The notes beneath the pieces were generated by a model. The model ran no database searches. It worked only from the letters and a program-made list of their open reading frames with translations, and was not told where the DNA came from. Of a stretch of 64,000 bases of DNA, positions 1 to 10,078 are shown in pieces. This stretch comes from an uncultured Bacilli bacterium (lineage in GTDB: Bacteria > Bacillota_I > Bacilli_A > RF39 > UBA660), in contig CANROB010000003.1 in assembly GCA_947632115.1 (NCBI GenBank), forward strand, positions 14,919 through 78,918. Reading direction: 5' to 3'. Both the position numbers and the translations under genes were made by a program. Numbering within the stretch: the first letter of the stretch is position 1; every line of letters starts with the position of its first letter.

Positions 1-606
1 TAATTTATTCATTTCGGAAACGCAATCTTTGCTTGCTAACTCAAAAGTCATCTCAACGGTCTCATCATGATAAGATTCTGTTTTTAATAAACATTTTTTC
101 TTTTTATCCATTAAGCGATGAAGTTCTTCAGCAAAATCTTTATCGGCTTTAATAACTAAAAGATATTTTTGTTTGCCATGAAAAGAAGTCATATAAGAAA
201 CGGTATAAAGAACTCCTAAAATAAGAGTGGCGCTAAGAGTAACTAGATAAAGACCCGCTCCTGACATAATACCTGCCGTAATTGCCCAGAACATGAAAAC
301 GGTATCTACTGGGTCTTTGATAGCTGTTCTAAAACGAACAATAGAAAGAGCACCAACCATACCTAAAGAAAGCGCTAAATTAGAGTTAATGGTACGAATG
401 ACTAAAGATGTTACCATAGCAAGTAATATTAAAGATAATATAAAAGATTTGGTATAAGAAACACCCGTATAGGTTTTCTTATAAATGTAAGCAATAATAA
501 TGGATGCTAAAAAAGCAATTGCTAAGGAGAAAAAGATATCTCCTGTAGAAAGAGATCCCGTAAATTGTTCTACGACACTCTTCTTAATCATATCTAAAAA
601 GCTCAT
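1..606 (-). CDS. DUF4956-family membrane protein (C-terminus runs off the window edge)
   Basis: Not in the ORF track because no stop lies in the window. Hand translation from the ATG at 606-604 gives MSFLDMIKKSVVEQFTG...MVGALSIVRFRTAIKDPVDTVFMFWAI.... It has hydrophobic helices and the RFRTAIKDP-type motif typical of DUF4956. The start lies 1 nt after the VTC gene stop. Confidence 0.7.
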   Translation of the reverse strand, partial: MSFLDMIKKSVVEQFTGSLSTGDIFFSLAIAFLASIIIAYIYKKTYTGVSYTKSFILSLILLAMVTSLVIRTINSNLALSLGMVGALSIVRFRTAIKDPVDTVFMFWAITAGIMSGAGLYLVTLSATLILGVLYTVSYMTSFHGKQKYLLVIKADKDFAEELHRLMDKKKKCLLKTESYHDETVEMTFELASKDCVSEMNKL

Positions 607-607
607 G

Positions 608-1303
608 TTATACCTCCTTCTTCTCTCTACATAAAGCAAATTTAGAAACCGCCTGACGAATCATCGGTATACTTCCAATCACACTAGCAATGTGACTAGG
701 AATAGCATTGTTGAATTTCACTTCTAAAACTACCTCTTTTGGCTCTAAAACATCAAAGGAAAGAAGATTAGGATCAAAGAGATTTTTAGCATACTTTAAA
801 GAACGAATTTCTTCATCAAAGGTAATTCTTGTATCCTCAACAGGATAGGTATACGCTAGTCTTTTATAGTCTACGATAACGCTAGGTCGAATTTGCTTTA
901 ATTTTTGTTTTATGGCAAATTCCCGAACGAGACTATCCTCTCCTAAATCGACTTCGTCAAAATCTCCATTCATAAATTTTAGACATTGTTCTTTGGTAAT
1001 TTTTGCCTGTTTTTTGTAGGTTAAATCACGATTCTTTTCTTTTCTCTCTAGACGAATAAAAGAATCGTCCTGGTTATAGATGCGAATGCGATATTTTTCT
1101 CGCTCTTCGACTCCGTCTACTTTCTCATAATAAGCAGTATCGTAGACATCATCAAAATAAAGACTGCGAATAAAATAAGTGTGATCCTCATTGACAGAGT
1201 TTTTATCTACATCCATCAAAAGCGATAACCGATATTTTAAAATATTGGCCTCAGTCTCATTTAAAATAAATTTTAGTTCATGACGATATTGTTTCTTATC
1301 CAA
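608..1303 (-). CDS. VTC-domain (polyphosphate-polymerase-like) protein
   Basis: 231-aa ORF with N-terminal YRHELKF motif and a size typical of bacterial VTC-domain proteins. It sits between CotH and DUF4956 genes, which is the usual neighbourhood. Confidence 0.7.
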   Translation of the reverse strand: MDKKQYRHELKFILNETEANILKYRLSLLMDVDKNSVNEDHTYFIRSLYFDDVYDTAYYEKVDGVEEREKYRIRIYNQDDSFIRLERKEKNRDLTYKKQAKITKEQCLKFMNGDFDEVDLGEDSLVREFAIKQKLKQIRPSVIVDYKRLAYTYPVEDTRITFDEEIRSLKYAKNLFDPNLLSFDVLEPKEVVLEVKFNNAIPSHIASVIGSIPMIRQAVSKFALCREKKEV

Positions 1304-4157
1304 AGTATTTTTTCACTTCCTCACTACTCAAATGGAAATAACTTTTAGCGTGATTGACTAAGTAAGATCTTCTTTTTTCTAAATAGTTTTTTAATTCCTC
1401 ACAGTTATCTTGCCATTCTTGATAAGTCATTCCCCATCGTTTTTGATTTCTTTGCATTTCTGGTTTGATTAAATCAACTAATTCTTGATAGCGTGACATC
1501 ACATTCTCATTAGACCAGACATTTTTCATCCCATAAGATAATCTTTCTAAAAAGTGTTGTTTAAACGTACTATTTTGGAAAAGTCCTCGTAAAATGACGT
1601 TGTTAAAGTGATGTTCTCCCATACCATTTGGATCAAGCATCCAATTTTGATAATTTCTAGAATAATTATAAAAGGCATAGTCAAAGTCATAAAATATCAT
1701 TTTTATCTTTCCATTATCTACTTTAGGATTATTGAAAAACCGGGTATTGACGATATCATTATTTGTCGTAAATAATTCTCCTACCCAGTAGTCGATAAAG
1801 TTATCGATATCTAATTTAGAAGCAACATACTGGTAATTGCTGTCAACGGATAAATCATGATTACGAACATAATTCACTAAAGAATTGTAATTGGATGCAC
1901 TACCCGCACTGACGTTGTTATCAATACGAACAATATTAGTTCCCTCCTCAGGAACATCATAGTGATGCGAAACAAACTCTTCATTTACTTTTTCTCTTAA
2001 GAAATAAACGCCCCAGTATTCGCCATTAATATAAAGAACAACAGCTTTATAGGCTTGAACATCAACCGTTCCATAATCATCCATAAGAGAGGTTGCCAGT
2101 TCATCCCGAATCATACTACCAACACTATCCTGGGAACCACTTCGAACAACAAGCGTATCATAAGATACCGCATCTCGGTTATCAAACACTTTATAATTTA
2201 AAGTGGATGGCCCATATTTTTTAGAAAACTTAAGCGCGTAACTTTTCTTAGCAATAAAACGGGTTTGCCCTCCAAATAACTTTAAGCCACAATCAATCGA
2301 AAAGGATTTTTCTTTCTCATAAAGTTCCGCATGAGCATTGACTGTTAAAGTCGTATTATTGGGATTGGTATTAATAAGTCTAAAAGAGTTTTGTGGTAAA
2401 CTAACGGATAAAACCGGTAAAGTGTGATTTTCATTGATAATATAGCTACCCGTTACAACCTCACTGGCTTTTTTTTTATTTTCATACGAAATCGCTTTGA
2501 TAACGGTTGTTTTTTTTAAAAGAATAGGACTATTATATACCTTAGAATTTTTCGTGGGTGTTGAACCATCTAAAGTATAATATATAGTCCCTGATCCTTC
2601 TAGTGTAACCGCTAGTTCTTTAACATCATTATAAATTCCTGGTTTGGTTTTTAAATTTGGTTCATAAGCAATTTCTTGAGTAGTACTTTCTTGATTCTTC
2701 TTCTCTGGAGTTGGCTTAGAAAAATAATAAAATCCATTATTTGTTCCTCTTCCATAACTATATCCATTTGGAATATTGGCAATAAAGATACTGTCTATCA
2801 CTTTTCCATCTTGATATAAGTAAATACTTTCTACAGGAGAAATCTTAAAAGGCGCATGTTGATATTTAGAATTGCTATAAGAAGTATCTCCAGATGCCAT
2901 CACTACGTAATACTCATGACTTTTTAAAGTAACACTAGGTAAGGTATAAAGTGTTGGATTGTTTTTATTATTAGTAAGTGAATAATCGCTTAATGTAATA
3001 TCATGATTGGTATTATTATATAGTTCAATCCAATCATAATATTCTCCTCCGTTTTGCGCTAAATACTCATGGTTAGAACTCATTACCTCGTTAATGATTA
3101 AATCCCCTGGATTTTTTAAGTGGTTTTTCGAAAACTCTTTCATGCCCTCAGGTGTGTTTGGATAACCTGGTGTAATATTCGCTCCTTCTTTAAAACCTTG
3201 AGACTGACGAATGTAGGCAAATCCATCACTGATATCTTCATAATCTATCATATCGACAATCTTATTTTTCTTAGAAAGAATTACGGTTCCCGTTTTTTTC
3301 TTTAACGTGAAATCAGCATGATTATCTTTTCCTAAACCAGAAGTATATACGAGATAAACCTCATTTGGTTTTAATGTAACATCTGGTAGTCGATATAAAA
3401 ATGGTCTTGTTTTATCATTAGAAACAAAGTAATCTTTTAAAGATACTTCTTTATCACCGGTATTTGAAATTTCCATATAACTATAATAACTATTATCAAA
3501 AGAAACATTTCCCTCGTTAGCCGGTAAGAATTCAGAAATGACAAGGGAATCTTCTTCTACTATGCCATCAAGATATTGTTTTCTTCCCTCTTCATTATTT
3601 GCGTATCCGGGAGTAATTTCATCAGTTTTTATCCAAGAACCTTTCTCATCCCTTGCCATAGTAGTATTTTTGTCTAATGAGATAGTTTTAACGGTATCGA
3701 CTACTTTTCCAGATTTCTTCTTTAAAGTAATCGTTTCACTTCCTGCTTTATTTAAAGCAAAATTGGCATACAAACCTTCTTTTGTCTGACCAGATAAATA
3801 AATGACTAAATATTCTTTACTTTTAATAGTAACAGAAGGAAAAATCCATTTGGTACTTCCAGATACTTCATCACTAAGACCATATCCGGATAAATCAATA
3901 TCTTCCGTCGTTCCATTATAAAGTTCTATCCAATCAAAAGTATTTCCTTCTAAATCTGCATAGGCTCCTTTATTCGAGGTCATCAGTTCATTAATAACTA
4001 ATTGATTATACTCTACCTCGCCACTACCTAAACCTTTTGTACCCTCTTCTTTCGGAGAAATCAAGGATTCTAAAACAATTAATAGTAAAATAGCGATGCC
4101 CATAACACATAAGCCAGCAAAGTTATTTTTCAATTTTTTCTTGTCGAATTTTCCCAT
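1296..4157 (-). CDS. CotH-family kinase-like protein with N-terminal TM anchor and three lamin-tail-like domains
   Basis: 953-aa ORF with one N-terminal hydrophobic helix. It has three INE(L/F/V)m..N...DWIELYN...L.gY-type repeats (lamin-tail domain pattern) and a GTIYYTLDGSTPT motif (chitobiase-C-like). The C-terminal ~450 aa is CotH-like (RSGSQD, YINGEYWGVY, FYDFDYAF). Confidence 0.8.
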   Translation of the reverse strand: MGKFDKKKLKNNFAGLCVMGIAILLLIVLESLISPKEEGTKGLGSGEVEYNQLVINELMTSNKGAYADLEGNTFDWIELYNGTTEDIDLSGYGLSDEVSGSTKWIFPSVTIKSKEYLVIYLSGQTKEGLYANFALNKAGSETITLKKKSGKVVDTVKTISLDKNTTMARDEKGSWIKTDEITPGYANNEEGRKQYLDGIVEEDSLVISEFLPANEGNVSFDNSYYSYMEISNTGDKEVSLKDYFVSNDKTRPFLYRLPDVTLKPNEVYLVYTSGLGKDNHADFTLKKKTGTVILSKKNKIVDMIDYEDISDGFAYIRQSQGFKEGANITPGYPNTPEGMKEFSKNHLKNPGDLIINEVMSSNHEYLAQNGGEYYDWIELYNNTNHDITLSDYSLTNNKNNPTLYTLPSVTLKSHEYYVVMASGDTSYSNSKYQHAPFKISPVESIYLYQDGKVIDSIFIANIPNGYSYGRGTNNGFYYFSKPTPEKKNQESTTQEIAYEPNLKTKPGIYNDVKELAVTLEGSGTIYYTLDGSTPTKNSKVYNSPILLKKTTVIKAISYENKKKASEVVTGSYIINENHTLPVLSVSLPQNSFRLINTNPNNTTLTVNAHAELYEKEKSFSIDCGLKLFGGQTRFIAKKSYALKFSKKYGPSTLNYKVFDNRDAVSYDTLVVRSGSQDSVGSMIRDELATSLMDDYGTVDVQAYKAVVLYINGEYWGVYFLREKVNEEFVSHHYDVPEEGTNIVRIDNNVSAGSASNYNSLVNYVRNHDLSVDSNYQYVASKLDIDNFIDYWVGELFTTNNDIVNTRFFNNPKVDNGKIKMIFYDFDYAFYNYSRNYQNWMLDPNGMGEHHFNNVILRGLFQNSTFKQHFLERLSYGMKNVWSNENVMSRYQELVDLIKPEMQRNQKRWGMTYQEWQDNCEELKNYLEKRRSYLVNHAKSYFHLSSEEVKKYFG

Positions 4158-4217
4158 TGCTTCCTCCTATTCCCGTAAATATCATACCACATAAATCGAC
4201 ATTCGTAAAGAAATTGA

Positions 4218-4246
4218 TTGTCTAATTATACAAATTTTGATATAAT
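4218..4246 (+). promoter_or_regulatory. candidate sigma-A promoter (TTGTCT, 17-nt spacer, TGaTATAAT)
   Basis: -35-like TTGTCT at 4218-4223, a 17-nt spacer, and an extended -10 TGATATAAT ending at 4246. It lies ~30 nt upstream of the AGGT RBS and ATG at 4278. Confidence 0.5.
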
Positions 4247-4277
4247 GTAAAAGATTGAGTAATAGAAGTGAGGTATT

Positions 4278-5639
4278 ATGAAAGAAACAAAGAAAAAGAA
4301 AAAATGGCGATTCAAAAAACAATCCCTTTTTAACTTACTTAGTGTCCTATTTGTATTTGGGACAGGGTTTTATTTTCTTGGTAGATTAATCTATTATAAA
4401 ATAGAAAGTGAAAAACCATATATCCCCCCTCTAGATCTAGCAACCAGGGTCATTGAACAAAATGACACCTACGATTTGAGAAAATCATTTATGGAAACAA
4501 ACGGTATTTATCGCTTTGTTGGAGATGTGAATAATAACTATGTAAAATATAAAGGATATCTATGGAGAATCGTTCGTATCAATGAAGATAAAAGTATCAC
4601 CCTAGTAACCGAAGATACCGTTACCTCTTTAGCGTATGGAGGGTCTTTAAACAATTATATTCTTTCTTGGCTCAATCAAGAAGAAGAAAAAAATACAGGA
4701 ATTTTTGAAGCCACTCTAGAGGCAGAGGAAAAAGAACTTCTTGCCACTAAACAATGCTTAGATAGTTTTCCTGATATTGAATCTGCTGGTTGTTTTGAGT
4801 CAAATAGTGACTATAAAATTGGTCTTCTTAGTATCTATGATTACCTAGAAGCCAATGCGAATCAAAGTTATTTAAATAATGGTACCAATTTCTGGACTAC
4901 TAATAGTTATGATGCTAATCATGCTTGGTATGTTTCCGAAGAAGGATTAGTTAGTTATGATGAATATACCAGTAAATATGGTATTCGTCCAACCATTACG
5001 ATTTCTGGTGATACCGCTATTATGAGTGGAAATGGCACAGCAGATGACCCATATCTTTTAAATAATAGAGAAATCAAAACCATTGAGGATATTTATCCAG
5101 GAAGTTACCTTCTTTATAATGATACTTTATGGAAAGTAGTATCTAAGGAAAATCATAAAGTAAAAGTAGTGAGTGAAGAATGTATCAAAGATGGGGAAGA
5201 TTGTCTTCTTATGCGTTTTTCTCTTTACGATAATGATTTTTCTTTAAATCGAGAAGAACTTCTTTATTACCTCAACAATACCTATTACCATTCTTTAAAA
5301 AACAGGGATTATCTTGTAAGCGGAAACTTCTACGCAGGAAATTACTCTTTAAAAGATAATAATTATCGTTCTGCTTTAGAAAAAAGAGTCACTCTTCCTG
5401 TTGGTTTCTTATCTATCGCCGATCCTTTTGCTTTTGAAGTTGAAAATACCTTTCTATTCACAACTAGTATAAGTAATGAGATGAGTATTTATTCCGTTAA
5501 TGAAAATCACGTTTTATTTGAAAATACTGTAACAGAGGAATTAGCTATTCGCCCTGCTATTCATCTAAAAGGAAGTATTCCTGTTGCAAGTGGGACGGGA
5601 GATTATTTAAATCCTTATATTTTAGGAGGAAATGAATGA
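4278..5639 (+). CDS. membrane-anchored extracellular protein, function unknown
   Basis: 453-aa ORF with a Lys-rich N-terminus followed by one TM helix. The motif GIRPTITI / AIRPAIHL recurs. A 4-nt ATGA overlap links it to the next gene. Confidence 0.75.
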   Translation: MKETKKKKKWRFKKQSLFNLLSVLFVFGTGFYFLGRLIYYKIESEKPYIPPLDLATRVIEQNDTYDLRKSFMETNGIYRFVGDVNNNYVKYKGYLWRIVRINEDKSITLVTEDTVTSLAYGGSLNNYILSWLNQEEEKNTGIFEATLEAEEKELLATKQCLDSFPDIESAGCFESNSDYKIGLLSIYDYLEANANQSYLNNGTNFWTTNSYDANHAWYVSEEGLVSYDEYTSKYGIRPTITISGDTAIMSGNGTADDPYLLNNREIKTIEDIYPGSYLLYNDTLWKVVSKENHKVKVVSEECIKDGEDCLLMRFSLYDNDFSLNREELLYYLNNTYYHSLKNRDYLVSGNFYAGNYSLKDNNYRSALEKRVTLPVGFLSIADPFAFEVENTFLFTTSISNEMSIYSVNENHVLFENTVTEELAIRPAIHLKGSIPVASGTGDYLNPYILGGNE

Positions 5640-6745
5640 CCAAGAAAAAGAAAATAGAAAAAATAGACAAAAGGATAGAAAAGGAAGAAAAAAAAGAGTC
5701 TAGGAAAATAGAAAAGAAAGAGGAAACATCAGAGGCAAAAAAGAAAAAAAAGAAACGAAAAATTTCTATCTTTACTTGGATTTGTGGATTCTTTGATATT
5801 TTAGTCCTTCTTTTCTTTCTCGTTGTTTACGGACCAAATCAACAATTTAAGAACTGGTTTATCACAACGGCTTTAGCAACAGGACATCATAAATATTTTG
5901 CCAATGTTCTTTATAGTGAAAAGGATATCGAAAGAGCTCTTAAAAATAATATGGTCATTGAAGCATCCGATAGTACAGATGTATCAGAAATCACCTTTGA
6001 AAATCAAGAAAAAGATACTTATGAATCTATCTATGAAGAGCAAATCCTAAAACGAGATGAAGGAAATGATTTATATAAGGTTATAGAAATTGAAGAAAAA
6101 GACTATAAAGGATTTTTAGTAGTTATCTATGATGCAAAAAGAATCTCCTTAGTGAGTGCTCGTTATGGAGGACAAAAGTTAGTCGATATTGCAAAATATA
6201 ATAATGCCAAAGTAGCCATTAATGCGAGTGGATTTTCTTATGGAACAGGTAGAGAAATCCCTACTGGTACTGTTATTCAAAATGGAAAAGTAGCATCCGT
6301 TGGAGGAAGAAATACCCATGGTGGTGGTCTTATTGGATTTACTAAGGAAGGTGTTTTAATGCTTACTTCAGATAGTGCAACCGAAGCTATTAAAGAAGGC
6401 ATGTGGAATGCGATGACCTTTGGACCATTCTTAATCGTAAATGGTAAATCTGCCGAAGTAAAAGGAAATGGTGGATGGGGAGTCGCGAATAGAACAGCCA
6501 TTGCTCAAAGAAAAGATGGAATTGTCTTGTTCCTCATTATTGATGGAAGAGGCGCTAACGGTAGTGATGGTATTTCTATTAAAGATATGATTACCCTTTT
6601 AGAAAAATATAAAGCCTATAATGCTGCTAACCTAGATGGTGGTGGTTCTTCTACCCTTGTTATTGAAAATAAATTAATTAATAATCCTCGTGGTTATGGC
6701 TATGTAGGAGAAAGAAAAATTCCTAATGGATGGATTGTAAAATAG
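5636..6745 (+). CDS. phosphodiester glycosidase family protein (DUF2233-like), membrane anchored
   Basis: 369-aa ORF with a Lys/Glu-rich cytoplasmic tail, one TM helix, and a C-terminal domain carrying the NLDGGGSS motif characteristic of this family. Confidence 0.65.
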   Translation: MTKKKKIEKIDKRIEKEEKKESRKIEKKEETSEAKKKKKKRKISIFTWICGFFDILVLLFFLVVYGPNQQFKNWFITTALATGHHKYFANVLYSEKDIERALKNNMVIEASDSTDVSEITFENQEKDTYESIYEEQILKRDEGNDLYKVIEIEEKDYKGFLVVIYDAKRISLVSARYGGQKLVDIAKYNNAKVAINASGFSYGTGREIPTGTVIQNGKVASVGGRNTHGGGLIGFTKEGVLMLTSDSATEAIKEGMWNAMTFGPFLIVNGKSAEVKGNGGWGVANRTAIAQRKDGIVLFLIIDGRGANGSDGISIKDMITLLEKYKAYNAANLDGGGSSTLVIENKLINNPRGYGYVGERKIPNGWIVK

Positions 6746-6765
6746 AACTTCGGTTCTATTTTTTT
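6742..6765 (+). terminator. rho-independent terminator
   Basis: ATAGAAC-TTCG-GTTCTAT hairpin followed by a T-run, directly after the stop at 6745. Confidence 0.8.
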
Positions 6766-6796
6766 ATAAAAAAAATCACCAATTGGTGATTTTTAG
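6766..6796 (-). terminator. rho-independent terminator after xseB
   Basis: On the minus strand: AAAATCACC-AATT-GGTGATTTT followed by a T-run, just downstream of the xseB stop at 6803. Confidence 0.8.
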
Positions 6797-6802
6797 ATGT
6801 TT

Positions 6803-7033
6803 TTATTCTTCCTCGTAATGAAACTCTTCTAAAGAGCCATCTTCTTTCACAATTTTATTTACTTGTTCTTCAATACTCTTTAATTTTTCATCACATTCGC
6901 CTACTAATTTCATGGCTCTTGTATATTTTTCTATGGAAGAATCTAGATCAATTTCTCCATTTTCTAATTCCTGAATAATTTCTTCTAGTTCTTTCATTTT
7001 ATCTTCAAATTTTTCTTTCGTCTCTTTTGCCAT
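6803..7033 (-). CDS. xseB: exodeoxyribonuclease VII small subunit
   Basis: 76-aa acidic helical protein (LEEIIQELENGEIDLDSSIEKY) immediately downstream of, and overlapping, xseA. Confidence 0.9.
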   Translation of the reverse strand: MAKETKEKFEDKMKELEEIIQELENGEIDLDSSIEKYTRAMKLVGECDEKLKSIEEQVNKIVKEDGSLEEFHYEEE

Positions 7034-8378
7034 ATTCCCTCTCCTCTATTTTTTCTATTTTGGTATCGACAACGCCATCTACAAACCGAACTTGAAGTGG
7101 CATTCCCTCTTTTAAAGATGTTATATCCCGAACAATTTTTCCCTCTTGCATAGACATACTATATCCTCGTTTTAATACGCCTAGAGGATTTACTAGTTCT
7201 AATTTTTGTAAATCGTGTAACAAGAGAACTTTTTGCTTTGATAATAAGTTTATCATTCCTTTGGTTAACGTTTTTTTATCTTGGCTTAACTCTTCTATTC
7301 TACCTTCATAAAGCAATTTCGGATTTTTTAATAAATAATGTTTTTTCATTTGTTCTAAGATGGTTCTTTTTCCCACTAAATAGGAAGATATCCCTTCTTC
7401 TAATCTCGTATGCAATAAATCTAAAGCTTGTCTTTTATGATCAAATAAAATCATAGGACTTTTAATCACAAAGGAACTTTTAAAAGATTCTAATACCAAT
7501 TTTTGATATTTTACTTTCTTAATAATCGCTTCTTCTAAACGAATCTCTAACTGATGAAGATATTTTTCTAGGTCAACGACATTAGGAACAGCCATTTCAG
7601 CAGCTCCAGTTGGTGTAGGGGCTCTTCTATCAGCAACAAAGTCTGCTATCGTAAAATCTACTTCATGGCCAACAGCACTAATAATAGGAATTTCGGAATC
7701 ATAAATAGCTCTTGCGACTATCTCTTCATTGAATGCCCATAAATCCTCAATAGATCCTCCACCACGTCCAACAATTAAAACATCGATATCATAACTGGCA
7801 GCTCTTTTAATGTTTCGAACAATATCTGGAGCAGCATATTCTCCTTGAACAAGACTAGGAAAAAGAATCGTTTCACAAAGAGGATACCGCCTTTTTATGG
7901 TAGATAAAATATCTCTAATAGCGGCCCCCGTTGGTGCGGTTACAATTCCTATTTTCGTAGGATACTTAGGGATTGGTTTTTTATGTTCTGCTTGAAATAA
8001 TCCTTCTTTAGCTAAATCCTGCTTTAATTTTTCAAAAGCGACATAGAGATTACCAATTCCATCTTCTACCATTTCCTCTACATAAATTTGATAACTACCA
8101 CTTTGCTCATAGACACTAATGCGTCCTGTGACTAATACTTTCATTCCATCAGCTGGTTGAAAAGTTAACTTTGAGGCATTGCGACTAAACATAATGGCAT
8201 TAATCTTACTATTTTCATCTTTTAAAGAAAAGTAGAAGTGTCCACTCGTATGTCCCTTAAAATTAGAGATTTCCCCTTTTAAAAAAACCATACGAAGATG
8301 CTCATTCCGATCAAACTGATCTTTTAAATAGCGGTTAATTGCCGTTACTGTTAGATACTTAGTGGGAGTTTGATTCAT
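7005..8378 (-). CDS. xseA: exodeoxyribonuclease VII large subunit
   Basis: 457-aa ORF with an OB-fold N-terminus ([17 protein letters not shown]) and a catalytic core ([29 protein letters not shown]). Confidence 0.95.
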   Translation of the reverse strand: MNQTPTKYLTVTAINRYLKDQFDRNEHLRMVFLKGEISNFKGHTSGHFYFSLKDENSKINAIMFSRNASKLTFQPADGMKVLVTGRISVYEQSGSYQIYVEEMVEDGIGNLYVAFEKLKQDLAKEGLFQAEHKKPIPKYPTKIGIVTAPTGAAIRDILSTIKRRYPLCETILFPSLVQGEYAAPDIVRNIKRAASYDIDVLIVGRGGGSIEDLWAFNEEIVARAIYDSEIPIISAVGHEVDFTIADFVADRRAPTPTGAAEMAVPNVVDLEKYLHQLEIRLEEAIIKKVKYQKLVLESFKSSFVIKSPMILFDHKRQALDLLHTRLEEGISSYLVGKRTILEQMKKHYLLKNPKLLYEGRIEELSQDKKTLTKGMINLLSKQKVLLLHDLQKLELVNPLGVLKRGYSMSMQEGKIVRDITSLKEGMPLQVRFVDGVVDTKIEKIEEREYGKRDERKI

Positions 8379-8784
8379 GATCCACCTTATGATGATATAC
8401 TTTATCTAAAACACCATTAATCATTTTTCGAACATCATCATCACTATAATCTTTCGCTAGTTCAATTGCCTCATTAATGGCTACCACTTCAGGAGTATCT
8501 GTATAAAGTAATTCATAGATACCTAACCTTAAAATAGCTTGATCTGTAAATCCTAAACGGTCAATAGTCCACTTATTTAAATATTGATTGGCCGTTTTAT
8601 CAATATCTTCTTGATTTGTAATAACCCCATAAACAGAATTTTTCACAAATTCGTTTTCGATTTCTAGAACACTTGCCATAACAGAATCAACATCATATTC
8701 AATATGATTACTCTGATAAACTTCCATTTGATAGAGAATTGTCATAATCTTTTTTCGTAATTCACTTCTCGTCATTTGTTCCAT
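8359..8784 (-). CDS. nusB: transcription antitermination factor NusB
   Basis: NusB-like sequence (RELALQ-type helix, [28 protein letters not shown]). Start moved to the ATG at 8784, which follows an AGGTGA RBS. The track start is a GTG inside that RBS. Confidence 0.9.
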   Translation of the reverse strand: MEQMTRSELRKKIMTILYQMEVYQSNHIEYDVDSVMASVLEIENEFVKNSVYGVITNQEDIDKTANQYLNKWTIDRLGFTDQAILRLGIYELLYTDTPEVVAINEAIELAKDYSDDDVRKMINGVLDKVYHHKVDHESNSH

Positions 8785-8860
8785 CCCAATCACCTAGTAT
8801 TATTTTAACATAAGAACCTAAAAATGAGAACAGAAAACAAAAAAATAAGAGGATTTCCTC

Positions 8861-9256
8861 TTATTTTAAGATAGAATTTAAATTGTTTCGTAAAGACTCT
8901 AATTCTATATATTTTTTAGAACGAATAGAGGTATATTTGCGCAATGTAAATAAAAGTTTTAGTATCGTCATAACAAACGCTAAAAGGATTAAGATTGTCC
9001 CTAAAAGGATTTGCTCACTAGCTACCAAATAAATACCTAAACCTAATAACAAAAGAGAAATGACAACCGTAATTAAAATGGCAACACTATTTTGATATTC
9101 ACTTTCCATGGTGGATAATTTCGTCTTTAGATATTCAATTTGATCCTCTTTTGGCATTTTTAAATGATCCATCGCATCTACTACATTATTATAAATAATT
9201 TCATTTTTATTTTTTTCTTCTCCACTAATTGCTATATTCAAAATTTCTCTCTCCAT
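8861..9256 (-). CDS. small membrane protein, unknown function
   Basis: ORF with two TM helices. Start set at the ATG at 9256, preceded by a GGGAGG RBS. Confidence 0.6.
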   Translation of the reverse strand: MEREILNIAISGEEKNKNEIIYNNVVDAMDHLKMPKEDQIEYLKTKLSTMESEYQNSVAILITVVISLLLLGLGIYLVASEQILLGTILILLAFVMTILKLLFTLRKYTSIRSKKYIELESLRNNLNSILK

Positions 9257-9309
9257 ATTTACCTCCCTGAATATGTTATTATTGTAACACAAATCTCAGG
9301 ACATGCAAA

Positions 9310-9708
9310 TTATTTTTCTTCTATTTTTAAATATTTTTCCCCTTTACCGCAAGCTAGTTTTACTAAAATAGCGATATTTAGATAAACGATAAGAAGGAAA
9401 AATGCTATCCAACCAACAACAGGAACGATAAAACAAAGAATCCATATAAAAGGCGATAAATAGATTTCTTTGAAAGGAACCTCTAATTTAAAGGCTGCTT
9501 TCGTAGTCATTTCAATAGCAAAGACAAAAGCCATCACCACAACAGGAAAGAAGAAGAAAATCGTTCCTATAATCCAATACTTTGCTTGCATATACCAAGC
9601 ATCTTCTTCATAATTTCCTAAAAGATAAGATAAAAATAACTTGTCAAAACTTCCCATCACAAAAAATAGAACAATCCAGATCCACCAATTCTTTTTCTTT
9701 AATAACAT
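9310..9708 (-). CDS. integral membrane protein, unknown function
   Basis: 132-aa ORF with about four hydrophobic helices. Confidence 0.6.
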   Translation of the reverse strand: MLLKKKNWWIWIVLFFVMGSFDKLFLSYLLGNYEEDAWYMQAKYWIIGTIFFFFPVVVMAFVFAIEMTTKAAFKLEVPFKEIYLSPFIWILCFIVPVVGWIAFFLLIVYLNIAILVKLACGKGEKYLKIEEK

Positions 9709-9736
9709 ATTATCACCACATACATTATATCATACT

Positions 9737-10078
9737 TTACGAAGTAACGAAACTAGAGATTGTTCCAAAAACTTTCATTACCCCCATTTTTACTACTTTA
9801 CTAATTCCTGTGGATACTTTAACACCTACTTTGGTAAAGCCATTTTGATAATCCTTTGTTTGATTTTTTAAATAGTCTTTCACATCTACTTCTTTTCCAT
9901 CTTTCACATCTTGCTCAAACTGTTTAATCTGCTCTTCTGTCATCGTCATTTTTTGATAATTTTGGTATTCATAATATCCTGTTACTCCCGAAAAATAAAG
10001 GGTCAAGAAAATCACAAAGAAAAATAAAAACAGCCACCGGAATACTTTATACCTCTTTTCCATATAAATATTCTCCAA
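9737..10078 (-). CDS. small membrane-anchored protein, unknown function (start uncertain)
   Basis: 113-aa ORF with one N-terminal TM helix. It overlaps the 3' end of spoIIP and may be co-transcribed with it. Confidence 0.55.
   Translation of the reverse strand: MENIYMEKRYKVFRWLFLFFFVIFLTLYFSGVTGYYEYQNYQKMTMTEEQIKQFEQDVKDGKEVDVKDYLKNQTKDYQNGFTKVGVKVSTGISKVVKMGVMKVFGTISSFVTS

Noticed and set aside
3120-3789. Plus-strand ORFs 3120..3305 and 3538..3789. The same applies to similar short ORFs elsewhere: 6277..6501, 7238..7456, 9164..9385, 9582..9871, 13095..13295, 15245..15460, 21321..21566, 21608..21796, 26956..27174, 27348..27647, 28423..28674, 29223..29450, 31730..31975, 33229..33498, 34396..34644, 40500..40808, 41334..41837, 44285..44563, 59005..59298 and 59613..59883.
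   Set aside because: All are fully embedded antisense to long genes that have clear homology. They lack RBSs and have the skewed composition expected from the reverse frame of AT-rich coding DNA.
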